64,000 bases of DNA from an uncultured candidatus Brocadiaceae bacterium. Its GTDB lineage: Bacteria > Planctomycetota > UBA1135 > UBA2386. Shown piece by piece: positions 18,701-26,265 of the stretch. The notes under the pieces are model-generated. The model was given only the letters and a program-made list of their open reading frames with translations, was not told the DNA's origin and did not search any database. The stretch covers positions 28,630 through 92,629 of the forward strand of contig CAYQMF010000003.1 of NCBI GenBank assembly GCA_964418595.1, in the 5' to 3' direction. The translations under genes and the position numbers were made by a program. Position 1 is the stretch's first letter; every line of letters begins with the position of its first letter.

Positions 18701-18776
18701 GATGTACGAGTACTTCGCCGAACACCTCCTGGGCGACCGCGAGCGCGGCGCCGACATCACGCGCAAGGACGGCTGA
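15732..18776 (+). CDS. S9 family serine peptidase (DPP IV / prolyl oligopeptidase type) with large low-complexity insertions
   Basis: Signal peptide, a DPPIV_N-like propeller, catalytic GHSGGG, and later LLLVHGEIDNNV...PGARHSF (Asp/His). It contains Q/E, RGG and GTTQ low-complexity segments. Confidence 0.9.
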   Translation: MANTLFGRTSLAFAFAALLVAPGLSGQETVVQANWRQAEKFSSENLRKFVYGTSVSPTWIGKTERFWYSFKTSAGTSFWLVDADQRTRKPMFDHVSLATALSVATKKPQVETQLALGGLKIDDAATKLEFTSEGRQFEYELATNKLTDKGPAQRQPAAGGRGGREGVDGEEMRRRFEERMRELGIRNEQQQEQQEQQQEQQQEQRQEQQQEQQQQEQREGGRGGRRGGGEPFAERGDVRVFSPDRKAYVIVRDHELYFVEGVEEAVAPPPAEAKTDGEGTEDYTKQVAEAAVKAVGEGVTVGTEKAGTEKKENADVIGGTQAAAAGGEPAPAAAPAPAARAPRLKFDEATAVKLSKDSAESYSFGSSGGFGQGARGGSQRGGGSGAAAPASTRARANATWSKDGKAFYATRRDTRGVQELFLVDSLGTPRPTLQTYSYAMPGEAAVAHSELWAFDRASKQLRQVPLKWPHESYQNVHFFGEGSELRFLRRDRLQRNAELCALDPVTNAVRVLLSESIEDATLALQSHRYLEKRKQIVWWSERSGWGHFYLHDIQTGALVNPITSGTFRASRLLEVDEDAGVMWFRGNGRERGENVYHEHLYRVNLDGTDLACLDPGDASHRSTLSPSRRYVVDSYSRVDLAPRCVLRSGRDGGVLLELEVADLSRLTEMGWHMPERFTVKAADGVTDLYGNLWKPFDFDANRRYPVIVNVYPGPQQEGVTHTFSATASTQQLAQLGFVVIQVGHRGGTPDRDKAYGAYGFGNLRDYGLEDKKAAIEQLADRFPFVDIGRVGIYGHSGGGFMTAAALLKPPYNRFFKVGVASAGNHDNNIYNANWSEKWHGLTERSAGTTTSGAVSTATIGMTGTLGTTQGTTQGTTQGTTQGTQTGGTQERGQRGRGRRGDGGQRAGETSQATTATQSPFEIKVPTNAELAVNLEGKLLLVHGEIDNNVHPANTMRLVDALIKANKRFDMLIIPGARHSFGAANEYFRQRMYEYFAEHLLGDRERGADITRKDG
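16290..16388 (+). repeat. CAR/GAR trinucleotide-type repeat encoding NEQQQEQQEQQQEQQQEQRQEQQQEQQQQEQRE inside the S9 peptidase
   Basis: 33 consecutive codons are almost exclusively CAG/CAA/GAG/GAA. GC content is visibly lower here. Confidence 0.9.
18327..18398 (+). repeat. 12-bp in-frame tandem repeat encoding (GTTQ)n inside the S9 peptidase
   Basis: GGCACCACCCAA GGCACGACCCAG GGTACGACCCAG GGTACGACGCAG GGCACCCAG..., followed by an RG-rich stretch (ERGQRGRGRRGDGGQRAGE). Confidence 0.9.
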
Positions 18777-18881
18777 GCGCGGGCGGGGCACGTTCGCGAC
18801 GGGTACGGGCAACGTGCAACTCAGTCCGCCCGCACACGCGGCGACCGAGCCACGTTCCCGTCGTGAACGTGCCCGTGCCCA

Positions 18882-18908
18882 GCTCGGTGGCGCTGCGCGC
18901 CACCGAGC
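18882..18908. terminator. 12-bp GC-rich hairpin between convergent genes (bidirectional terminator candidate)
   Basis: GCTCGGTGGCGC-tgc-GCGCCACCGAGC, a perfect stem. There is no clear U tract. Confidence 0.45.
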
Positions 18909-18964
18909 GGAGCCCGAGCCCGAAACCGTGTCCCCTCCCTCCCCCTCTCCCTCTCTGTCCCCCT

Positions 18965-20368
18965 CTACGCCACGATCTCCCTCAGCACCCTCCCCGCGAC
19001 ATCCGTCAACCGGAACCGTCGCCCGTTGTGCAGGAAGGTCAACTGCTCGTGGTCGATCCCCAACTGGTGCAGGATCGTCGCGTGCACGTCGTTGACCTCC
19101 ACCGGATCCACCACCGCGCGATGGCCGATCTCGTCGGTCTCGCCGAGGCTCGCGCCCGGCTTCATCCCGCCGCCCGCGAACCACATCAGGAACCCATCCG
19201 GGTTGTGATCGCGGCCACCGTTGTTGCCCTGTGACATCGGCATCCGCCCGAACTCGCCGCCCCACACGACCAGCGTCTGGTCCAGCAACCCCCGCCGCTC
19301 CAGGTCGATGAGCAGGCCCGCCATCGGCACGTCGGTCTCCGCACAGTGCAGGTCGTGGTTGGGCTTCAGCCCGAAGTGCGCGTCCCAGCTCTCCTGCTGG
19401 TGGCCGCCGCCGGAGTAGAGCTGCACGAAGCGCACGCCGCGCTCCACCAGTCGGCGCGCGATCAGGCACTGCGTGCCGAAGAAGCGGGTCACGTCCCGAT
19501 CGAGCCCGTACAGCCGCCTCGTCTCCTCGCTCTCGCCCGCGGTCTCGATGGCATCCGGCGCCGCCGTCTGCATCCGCCACGCCAGTTCGTAGCTGGCGAT
19601 CCGCGCCTCCAGCGCACCTTGGCCGGGGCGCGCCTGCGCGTGCCGTCCGTTCAGCTCCGCCAGCAGATCGAGCTGCGCGCGCTGGCGTTCGGCGGTCTGC
19701 CCCTCCGGCAATGCCAGGTTGAGGATCGGGCTGCCCGTCGCCCGCAGCGGCACGCCCTGATGCTCGCCGGGCAGGAACCCCGCGCCCCAGTTCTGCGGGC
19801 CCGCGATCGGGCCGCCGCGCCAGTCGTACATCACCACGTACGCCGGCAGGTCGCTCGCCTCCGACCCGAGCCCGTAGTGCAGCCACGAGCCCACGCTCGG
19901 GTAGCCGACGCGCGGGTGTCCCGTGTTCAGGTGCAGGAGTGCTGGCGCGTGGTTGTTGCTCGCGCAGCGCACGGACTTCACGAACGTCAGCTTGTCGACC
20001 ACCTGCGCCAGCGCCGGGTAGACCTCGCTCACCCATTGGCCGGTCTGGCCGTGGCGGCGGAAGCGGTACGGCGAGCGCATCAGGTTGCCGTTGTCCTTGA
20101 AGAACGTGTCGATCCCTGCCGGCGGTTTCTTGCCGTGCATGCGGTCGAGTTCCGGCTTGGGGTCGAAGAGGTCGATCGCGCTCGGACCCCCGTACATGAA
20201 GAGCGAGATCACCGACCGCGCGCGCGGCGCGTGATGGAGCCGCGGATCGTTTTGGCGGATGAGGCGGCCGTCGCGACGCAGGAGGTCGAGCAGGCCGAGC
20301 CAGCCGATGCCGCCGCCCGCGTGGCGCAGGAAGGTCCGCCGGTCGTGCAGAGGGATGGGCTCGATCAT
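18965..20368 (-). CDS. DUF1501 family protein (sulfatase-like fold) with Tat signal
   Basis: The internal ATG at 20368 gives MIEPIPLHDRRTFLRHAGGGIGWLGL, a twin-arginine signal. It starts 1 nt after the upstream PSD gene's stop, which is the usual pairing. Confidence 0.9.
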   Translation of the reverse strand: MIEPIPLHDRRTFLRHAGGGIGWLGLLDLLRRDGRLIRQNDPRLHHAPRARSVISLFMYGGPSAIDLFDPKPELDRMHGKKPPAGIDTFFKDNGNLMRSPYRFRRHGQTGQWVSEVYPALAQVVDKLTFVKSVRCASNNHAPALLHLNTGHPRVGYPSVGSWLHYGLGSEASDLPAYVVMYDWRGGPIAGPQNWGAGFLPGEHQGVPLRATGSPILNLALPEGQTAERQRAQLDLLAELNGRHAQARPGQGALEARIASYELAWRMQTAAPDAIETAGESEETRRLYGLDRDVTRFFGTQCLIARRLVERGVRFVQLYSGGGHQQESWDAHFGLKPNHDLHCAETDVPMAGLLIDLERRGLLDQTLVVWGGEFGRMPMSQGNNGGRDHNPDGFLMWFAGGGMKPGASLGETDEIGHRAVVDPVEVNDVHATILHQLGIDHEQLTFLHNGRRFRLTDVAGRVLREIVA

Positions 20369-20369
20369 C

Positions 20370-23300
20370 TCAGTCGATGTAGAGGAACTCGTTGAGGTTG
20401 AGCGCCACGAGGCACAGGTCGGTGAGCGCCGCGGCCTGGTCGCCGTCGTGTCGGGCGGTCTGCGCCGAGAGGAACGCCGCCGCGCGCGCCCGTTCCCGCT
20501 CATCCGGGCTGCGCTGCAGGGTGATCCGGAACAACTGCTCGATGGCGTCACCGTCGCCGAGGCGCCGCGCGAGATGCCCGGCCTGGTTGCGCATGAAGGC
20601 ATCGTTGAGCATCGCCAGCGCCTGCAGCGGCGTCGTCGTCTCCATGCGCCGGCCGCAGCTCGCGGTGGCATCCGGCGCGTCGAACACCTCGAGCATGGGG
20701 AAGCGCACCGACCGCCGCATGAACACGTACAGGCTGCGTCGCCACGTGTCCGGGCCGTCCTTGGCGTCCTGGTCCCACTTCTTCGTGCTGCCGGTGGCGA
20801 TCGCGTCGGGGTGCATGCGCGGCATGACGCTGCGCCCACCGACGGTGGGGTTGAGGCAGGCGCTGGCCACGAGCACCGCATCGCGGATCGACTCGGCATC
20901 GAGGCGCATCACTTCGCGCCGGTGCCAGAGACGGTTGCTCGGATCCTCGGCCGCGTCCGCACGGTGCGCACTGGCCTGCCGATAGAGGGCGCTGGTGACG
21001 ATCAACCGATGGATGGGCTTGGTTCGCCAGCCGCCGGCGATCAGGCGCTGCGCCAGCCACTCGAGCAGCTCCTGGTGCGTCGGCGCATCGCCCTGGATGC
21101 CGAAATCGTTGGGCGTGCCCACGAGACCGCGGCCCATGTGCTGCTGCCAGATGCGGTTGACGATGACGCGGGCCAGCAGGCTGCCGGCGCCGTGCTCCAC
21201 GTCGGTGAGCCAGCGCGCCAGCGCCGCGCGACGGCCGGTGGTCTCCGCCTTGGCGGGGGGCTCCGCGTAGAACGCCGCCTGCGCGGCGCGCGGCGTGAGC
21301 ACCTGGAGGAACCCGGGCTCCAGCTCCTCGCGCTTGTCGTTCGGATCGCCGCGGCCGAGCAGGAAGGCCTTCGCCGGCGCGCTGCCGCGGTCGGTCATGA
21401 TCAGTGCCGTCGGCACCTCGGGCTTGTCGCGGTGCGGCACGGCCAGCGCCCGCATCTCGGCGCGTTCGTCCTCGGTGAGCGCGGCGCGCGCGAAGCGGTC
21501 CGAGATCGCGAGCGTGTCCGCGTGCGCAGCGAGGAGGGCATCGCGTTGCGTCGTGATCGCGGCGCGCAGCGTCGACTCCGCCAGCGCCGTCCGCGCGACC
21601 GGCACCACGTCGAGCAACTGGGCGCCGACCGTCTGCCGGCAGTGCACGGCGAGGAGGTTGGGGCCCTGCCGCAGCGCGGCGCGCCCGGCCGGCGTCGGAG
21701 TCAGGACCACGTAGTCGGTCGTGTAGCCCTGTCCCTGCGCGGCGAGCACGCCGTTGACGAACACCTCGACGTCCTCGTCGTGGTAGGCGACGAAGGTCAA
21801 CGCCGCTGGATCGCCTTCCCACTGGAACGAGCGTCGGGCCCAGACGTCGGGCCCGGTCCACGGCGTTGCGATCCGCACGTCGTCACGCCCGGCGCCGAAC
21901 GGAGCTTCGCCCTCCGGCCAGCCCGCGTCATCGAACGTCGGCGTCATCCACGTCTCGTCGGGCCGCGAGAACGTGAATCGCCACCGGCGCGCCGGGTCGA
22001 ACTCGCTCGCCAGCAGCGCGCAGGATGCGGCGTCGAGACCGAGCGCCTGCGCGCGCTGGGCGCGCACGCGCGCGCGACCGCGCGCCAGCACCGCGTCGCG
22101 CTGCGCGCGCAGCGTCTTCTCGTCCGCGTCCCGTTGGCGCTTGTCCTCTTCCCGGGCGGCCACGGTCGCCGCGTCGGCGAGCGGGTACACCACGCGCTGG
22201 CTGGTGCTGAACGCCGCCACCAGCCGGTAGTAGTCGCGCGTCGGGATGGGATCGAACTTGTGGTCGTGGCAGCGCGCGCAACCCACCGTGAGTCCGAGGA
22301 ACGCCGAGCCGAGCGTGCTCACCACGTCGTCGTACTCGTCGTAGCGCGTCTGCTCGTTCTCCTGGTTGTCGACGGTCGGGCCGGCGCACAGGAACCCCGT
22401 CGCACGCCACGCGCGCGGGTCGTCGGGCCGGAGTTCGTCGGCCGCCACCTGCAGGCGGACGAACTCGTCGAAGGGCAGGTCAGCGTGGAAGGCCTCGATC
22501 ACGAAGTCGCGGTACGGCCATGCCTGCGGCCGCTCGTGGTCGAACTCGTACCCGCCGCTGTCGGCGTAGCGGGCGACGTCGAGCCACCAGCGCGCCTGCC
22601 GCTCGGCGAAGTGCGGCCCGGCCATCAGGTCGTCGACCAGCCGCGCGAAGGGGTCGGGCCCCGGGGTCGCGACGTACGCCGCGAACTGCTCCGGCGTCGG
22701 TGGCAGCCCGATCAGCGTGTGGTAGGCACGCCGCACCAGCGTGCGTGCGTCGGCCTCCGGGCTCGGCGCGATCCCGGCCGCGTCGAGGCGCGCGATCCAG
22801 AAGCGGTCGAGGTCGTTGCGTGCGCGTTCCGGTGCGGTGATCGCAGGTGGGACCGGCTCCCCGAGCGGCACGAACGACCAGAACGCGCGGTCGGCGTCGG
22901 TCACCTGCATCTCGCCAGCCGCGCCCTTGGCCTTCGCCTCGGGCGGCACGACCAGCGAGCGCGGGTACGGGGCGCCCGCTTCGATCCACGCGCGCAGCGC
23001 GGCGCGCTCCGCGGCCACGAGCTGCGCCTTGCGCAGCGGCATGAACGGCTTGCGCGCGTGCTCGACCACGGCCAGCAGGAGGCTCGTGTCGGGATCGCCG
23101 GGGACGACTGCCGGCCCCTTGCTCCCGCCCTGCAGCAAGGTCGCGCGCTCGGTCAGGTCGAGGTCGGACTTGCGCCGCGCCGGGTTGTGGCAGGCGACGC
23201 AGTGCTGCTCGAGGATCGCCAGCGGATCCTGGGCGGGGAGCAGCGCACCGAAGCCGACGGCGAGGTGGAGAAAGCGACGCATGGTCTGCGCGCAGACCAT
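20370..23300 (-). CDS. PSCyt1/PSCyt2/PSD (DUF1549-DUF1553, planctomycete cytochrome c) protein with an inserted jelly-roll sugar-binding-like module
   Basis: N-terminal CVACHNP heme motif after a signal peptide, and RCHDHKFDP (DUF1549/1553 hallmark). The alternative start is the ATG at 23282 (MRRFLHL...). Confidence 0.9.
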   Translation of the reverse strand: MVCAQTMRRFLHLAVGFGALLPAQDPLAILEQHCVACHNPARRKSDLDLTERATLLQGGSKGPAVVPGDPDTSLLLAVVEHARKPFMPLRKAQLVAAERAALRAWIEAGAPYPRSLVVPPEAKAKGAAGEMQVTDADRAFWSFVPLGEPVPPAITAPERARNDLDRFWIARLDAAGIAPSPEADARTLVRRAYHTLIGLPPTPEQFAAYVATPGPDPFARLVDDLMAGPHFAERQARWWLDVARYADSGGYEFDHERPQAWPYRDFVIEAFHADLPFDEFVRLQVAADELRPDDPRAWRATGFLCAGPTVDNQENEQTRYDEYDDVVSTLGSAFLGLTVGCARCHDHKFDPIPTRDYYRLVAAFSTSQRVVYPLADAATVAAREEDKRQRDADEKTLRAQRDAVLARGRARVRAQRAQALGLDAASCALLASEFDPARRWRFTFSRPDETWMTPTFDDAGWPEGEAPFGAGRDDVRIATPWTGPDVWARRSFQWEGDPAALTFVAYHDEDVEVFVNGVLAAQGQGYTTDYVVLTPTPAGRAALRQGPNLLAVHCRQTVGAQLLDVVPVARTALAESTLRAAITTQRDALLAAHADTLAISDRFARAALTEDERAEMRALAVPHRDKPEVPTALIMTDRGSAPAKAFLLGRGDPNDKREELEPGFLQVLTPRAAQAAFYAEPPAKAETTGRRAALARWLTDVEHGAGSLLARVIVNRIWQQHMGRGLVGTPNDFGIQGDAPTHQELLEWLAQRLIAGGWRTKPIHRLIVTSALYRQASAHRADAAEDPSNRLWHRREVMRLDAESIRDAVLVASACLNPTVGGRSVMPRMHPDAIATGSTKKWDQDAKDGPDTWRRSLYVFMRRSVRFPMLEVFDAPDATASCGRRMETTTPLQALAMLNDAFMRNQAGHLARRLGDGDAIEQLFRITLQRSPDERERARAAAFLSAQTARHDGDQAAALTDLCLVALNLNEFLYID

Positions 23301-23337
23301 ACCGGGTGATCGCGACGGTGTCCGTCAGCCGGTCGAC

Positions 23338-24387
23338 TCACCAGCGCAACAAGAGCAGCTCCGTGCAGAAGCCGGGTCCCATGGCGAGCATCACGCCGTA
23401 CGCCCCGGGCGGCGGCGGCGCGGCCAACGTGTCGGCGAGGATGAGGAGCACCGACGCGCTCGACAGGTTTCCGACACCGGCGAGGTTGCGCCAGCTCGCC
23501 TGCACGGCATCGGCATCGAGGTCCAGCGCCGCCTGCAGGGCCTCGAGGACCTTGGGGCCGCCGGGGTGACAGATCCACCGCGCGATGTCGGTTCGTGCCA
23601 GCCCCTGCGCGCGAAGGAACGCGTCGACGTCGCCGCCGAGGCGCTCGCGCGCGATCGTCGGCACGGCGGGGGAGAGCACGATGCTGAAGCCGTGCTCGCC
23701 GATCCGCCAGCCCATCGCATCCTCCGTGTCTGGATAGAACACCGAGCGCGTGGCCAGGACACGGGGCCCGGCGGCTGCCGGGTGGTCGGCGCCGACGACG
23801 ATGGCGGCGCACGCACCATCGCCGAAGAGACCCGTCGAGATGATGTTGGCGACGGAGAGGTCGTTCCGCTGCAGGGTCAGCGAGCAGAGTTCGATCGTGA
23901 GCACGACCGCGGCGTGGCCGGGGAACGCACGCACGTAGTCGGCGGCGCGGGCCACGGCGGCGGCACCCGCGACGCAGCCCAGGCCGAACATCGGCGTGCG
24001 CTTGATGTCCGGGCGGAACCCGAGCCGATTCACCAGCCGGGCGTCGATGGACGGGCTGGCCAGCCCGGTGACGGTCGAGAAGAAGATCGCATCGACGTCA
24101 CGCGCGCGGAGCCCCGCGGTTGCGAGCGCATCGCCAACCGCCTGCTCCCCCAGATCGGTGGCGGCCGCGATCCATGCGTCGTTGCAGCGCGTGAAGGTCG
24201 TGAGGTCGTCGTAGGCCTCGATCGGCAGGGCCAGGTGGCGGCCTTGCACTTGCACGCTCGCGTGCAGGCGATCGATGCGACTCGCCATCTGCGGCTCGTG
24301 CGTCCAGACCTTGCGCAGGTACGCGGTGAGGGTCGCCTGCGGGTAGTAGTGCCGAGGCAGGGCGCGGCGGGCGGATGCGATTCTCAT
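23338..24387 (-). CDS. type III polyketide synthase (chalcone/stilbene synthase superfamily; alkylresorcinol/alkylpyrone synthase-like)
   Basis: Catalytic triad contexts MFGLGCVAG (Cys), WICHPGGPKVL (His) and GVGNLSSASVL (Asn). 349 aa from the internal ATG at 24387, which overlaps the upstream stop (ATGA). Confidence 0.95.
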   Translation of the reverse strand: MRIASARRALPRHYYPQATLTAYLRKVWTHEPQMASRIDRLHASVQVQGRHLALPIEAYDDLTTFTRCNDAWIAAATDLGEQAVGDALATAGLRARDVDAIFFSTVTGLASPSIDARLVNRLGFRPDIKRTPMFGLGCVAGAAAVARAADYVRAFPGHAAVVLTIELCSLTLQRNDLSVANIISTGLFGDGACAAIVVGADHPAAAGPRVLATRSVFYPDTEDAMGWRIGEHGFSIVLSPAVPTIARERLGGDVDAFLRAQGLARTDIARWICHPGGPKVLEALQAALDLDADAVQASWRNLAGVGNLSSASVLLILADTLAAPPPPGAYGVMLAMGPGFCTELLLLRW

Positions 24388-25118
24388 GAGCGTCGGGGCA
24401 GGGTGGGCAGGAAGTACGCGGTGCGCGCGCGATACGCGAGGAACGCCTCGCCGTACCGGGTCAGGTAGCGACGCTCCTTGAGCAGCGGGCCCAGCACACA
24501 GTAGAGCGTCCAACCGACGGCGAGGATGAATCGATCCAGGGTCCAGGTGGGCGCGGTCCACAGCACGAGGGCGAAGGCCAGGTAGATCGGTTGCCGGCAC
24601 ATGGTGAACGTCCCGCGCTGGGCGAAGCTCGGGTACCGCGGGGTCCGGCCGCGGAACACGGCGGCCCAGCCGACGAAGCCGGTCTGCACGCCCATGCCGC
24701 CGTCGAAGATCGCCTTGACCAGGAACAGCCACGCGAGCGCGAAGGCCGCGGCGTGCACGACGAGCCAGGCCCCATCGGGTCGCCACAGGACCGGCCCCAG
24801 CGGTGACCAGACCCAGAACGTCACCAGCAACTGGAGCGAGGCGACCGTCGCGTAGCTGGTGGTGACGAGGTGTCGGCCGTGCGGCGCGGGGAACAGCCGG
24901 GCCAGCAGGCGGCCGCCCCCGCGGCCGAGCAGCGCCGAGTGCAGCAAGGGGAAGGCGGCGACGAGGGCGAGGTCGGCCGCGAGCGCGGCTGCGCCGTGCA
25001 GGACCCCGCGCCCGAGCGCGAGTCCGGTCCACAGCGCCGCCGCCATGCTGGCGATGGCGGCCGCGAACAGCGCGTGGTTCAGGACGCCGAAGGCCAGCGC
25101 CAGCCAGCGCACTCTCAT
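24384..25118 (-). CDS. isoprenylcysteine carboxyl methyltransferase (ICMT)-family membrane methyltransferase (SrsB/BpsB-like)
   Basis: 244-aa polytopic membrane protein with a C-terminal RQPIYLAF...GPLLKERRYLTRYGEAFLAYR signature. GAAGGAGG lies 4 nt before the ATG at 25118. It overlaps the PKS start. Confidence 0.8.
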   Translation of the reverse strand: MRVRWLALAFGVLNHALFAAAIASMAAALWTGLALGRGVLHGAAALAADLALVAAFPLLHSALLGRGGGRLLARLFPAPHGRHLVTTSYATVASLQLLVTFWVWSPLGPVLWRPDGAWLVVHAAAFALAWLFLVKAIFDGGMGVQTGFVGWAAVFRGRTPRYPSFAQRGTFTMCRQPIYLAFALVLWTAPTWTLDRFILAVGWTLYCVLGPLLKERRYLTRYGEAFLAYRARTAYFLPTLPRRS

Positions 25119-25837
25119 GCCGCCTCCTTCACGAACAGGCCCGCGTAGGCGATGGCGAGGCTGCTGCTTCGACGCAGATGGATCGCGCCGGTGCGCAGGG
25201 TTGCCACGAACCTGGGCGCTTCGCCCTCGAGGTGCGCGCAGCGCAGCCGGTGCTGCGCGGCGACCGCGCACAGTTCCGCAGGCGTGACGAAGAGAGCGGG
25301 ATCGTGCGTGCCGCGGGGCACGAGCCCGACACCCTCCGCCAGCCGCACCGCGAGCCAACGCGCCCGCCACGTGCGGTTGATCGTGTTCACATACAGCCGG
25401 CCACCGGGGCGGAGCAGGCGCGCCGCGGTGGCGATTGCCGCGGGCCACGTCGGCAGGTGTTCCAACACGTCGGCCAGCAACACGAGATCGAAGGCCCCGT
25501 CCGGCAACGGACACGCGTGGAGATCGGCACACACGAACTGCGCCGTCGTGCTCGCGTGCGGCGCAGCGGCGCGCAGACTGCCGCGGCTGACGTCCACGCC
25601 GACGACCCTGGCCCCGGCGCGCGCGAGCGGAATCGCGAGGAGGCCGCCGCCGCAACCGAGATCGGCGACATCGGCGCCGACGAGCGATGCGCCCACGTGC
25701 GCACGCAGCCAGCGCAACCGGTGGTCGGTGATGGCGCGCAGCGAGGCGAACGTCTTGTCCGTCGCGTCCCACCAGCCTGCCGCGTGCCGCTCGTAGATCG
25801 ACAGGTCGTTGCGCGGTGCGACGTGATGTGACGCCAT
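25115..25837 (-). CDS. class I SAM-dependent methyltransferase (UbiG-like O-methyltransferase)
   Basis: Motif I VADLGCGGGLLAIPLA, plus DLVLLADVLEHL and LLRPGGRLYVNTINRT. The stop overlaps the downstream start (ATGA). Confidence 0.85.
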   Translation of the reverse strand: MASHHVAPRNDLSIYERHAAGWWDATDKTFASLRAITDHRLRWLRAHVGASLVGADVADLGCGGGLLAIPLARAGARVVGVDVSRGSLRAAAPHASTTAQFVCADLHACPLPDGAFDLVLLADVLEHLPTWPAAIATAARLLRPGGRLYVNTINRTWRARWLAVRLAEGVGLVPRGTHDPALFVTPAELCAVAAQHRLRCAHLEGEAPRFVATLRTGAIHLRRSSSLAIAYAGLFVKEAA

Positions 25838-25842
25838 GGCGC

Positions 25843-26265
25843 TCAATCGCCCACCCGCCGGAACACGATCTGGCCGTCGTCCGTGCTCATGCGGACGTGC
25901 CCCGGCGCCGCCGCAAGGCTCGCGGGCTCGGCGTCGACGCCCAGCGTGATCCTGCCGTCCGCGATCCGGTACTCGCCGGCCAGCGTCTGGAAGGTCGGCA
26001 GGCCGTTCTCGAGCACCAGCGCCGCCCCGGTGAAGCGACCGCCCGTCGCGAAGTGGTAGTAGACCTTCCACATCGCGTGCGCGATGGCACCGTCGATCTG
26101 CACCGACTCGTACAGCCCCTCCAGCGTCGCGGGCACCGGCGCGTCGAAGGTCAGCCTCGCCGGCGCGGCGGCGATCGCGCGATCCTCGGCGGCCACGACG
26201 TTGGAGGGGATGCACCCCGACGGCAGCGCCGCCGCCAGGAGTGTCAGCGCGCGTAGGTTCCTCAT
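25843..26265 (-). CDS. small hypothetical lipoprotein
   Basis: Signal sequence MRNLRALTLLAAALPSGC with an imperfect lipobox. The ATGA overlaps the upstream gene, and there is a 5-nt gap to the downstream gene. Confidence 0.6.
   Translation of the reverse strand: MRNLRALTLLAAALPSGCIPSNVVAAEDRAIAAAPARLTFDAPVPATLEGLYESVQIDGAIAHAMWKVYYHFATGGRFTGAALVLENGLPTFQTLAGEYRIADGRITLGVDAEPASLAAAPGHVRMSTDDGQIVFRRVGD

Noticed and set aside
20259-23309. 1016-aa plus-strand ORF, together with 17610..20036(-), 28010..30622(-), 41394..43790(-) and similar long ORFs.
   Set aside because: All are mirror-frame shadows of genes with strong domain evidence (PSD/DUF1501, S9 peptidase, MMPL/flavoprotein, HEAT-cytochrome). 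Their composition is low-complexity and Arg-rich.
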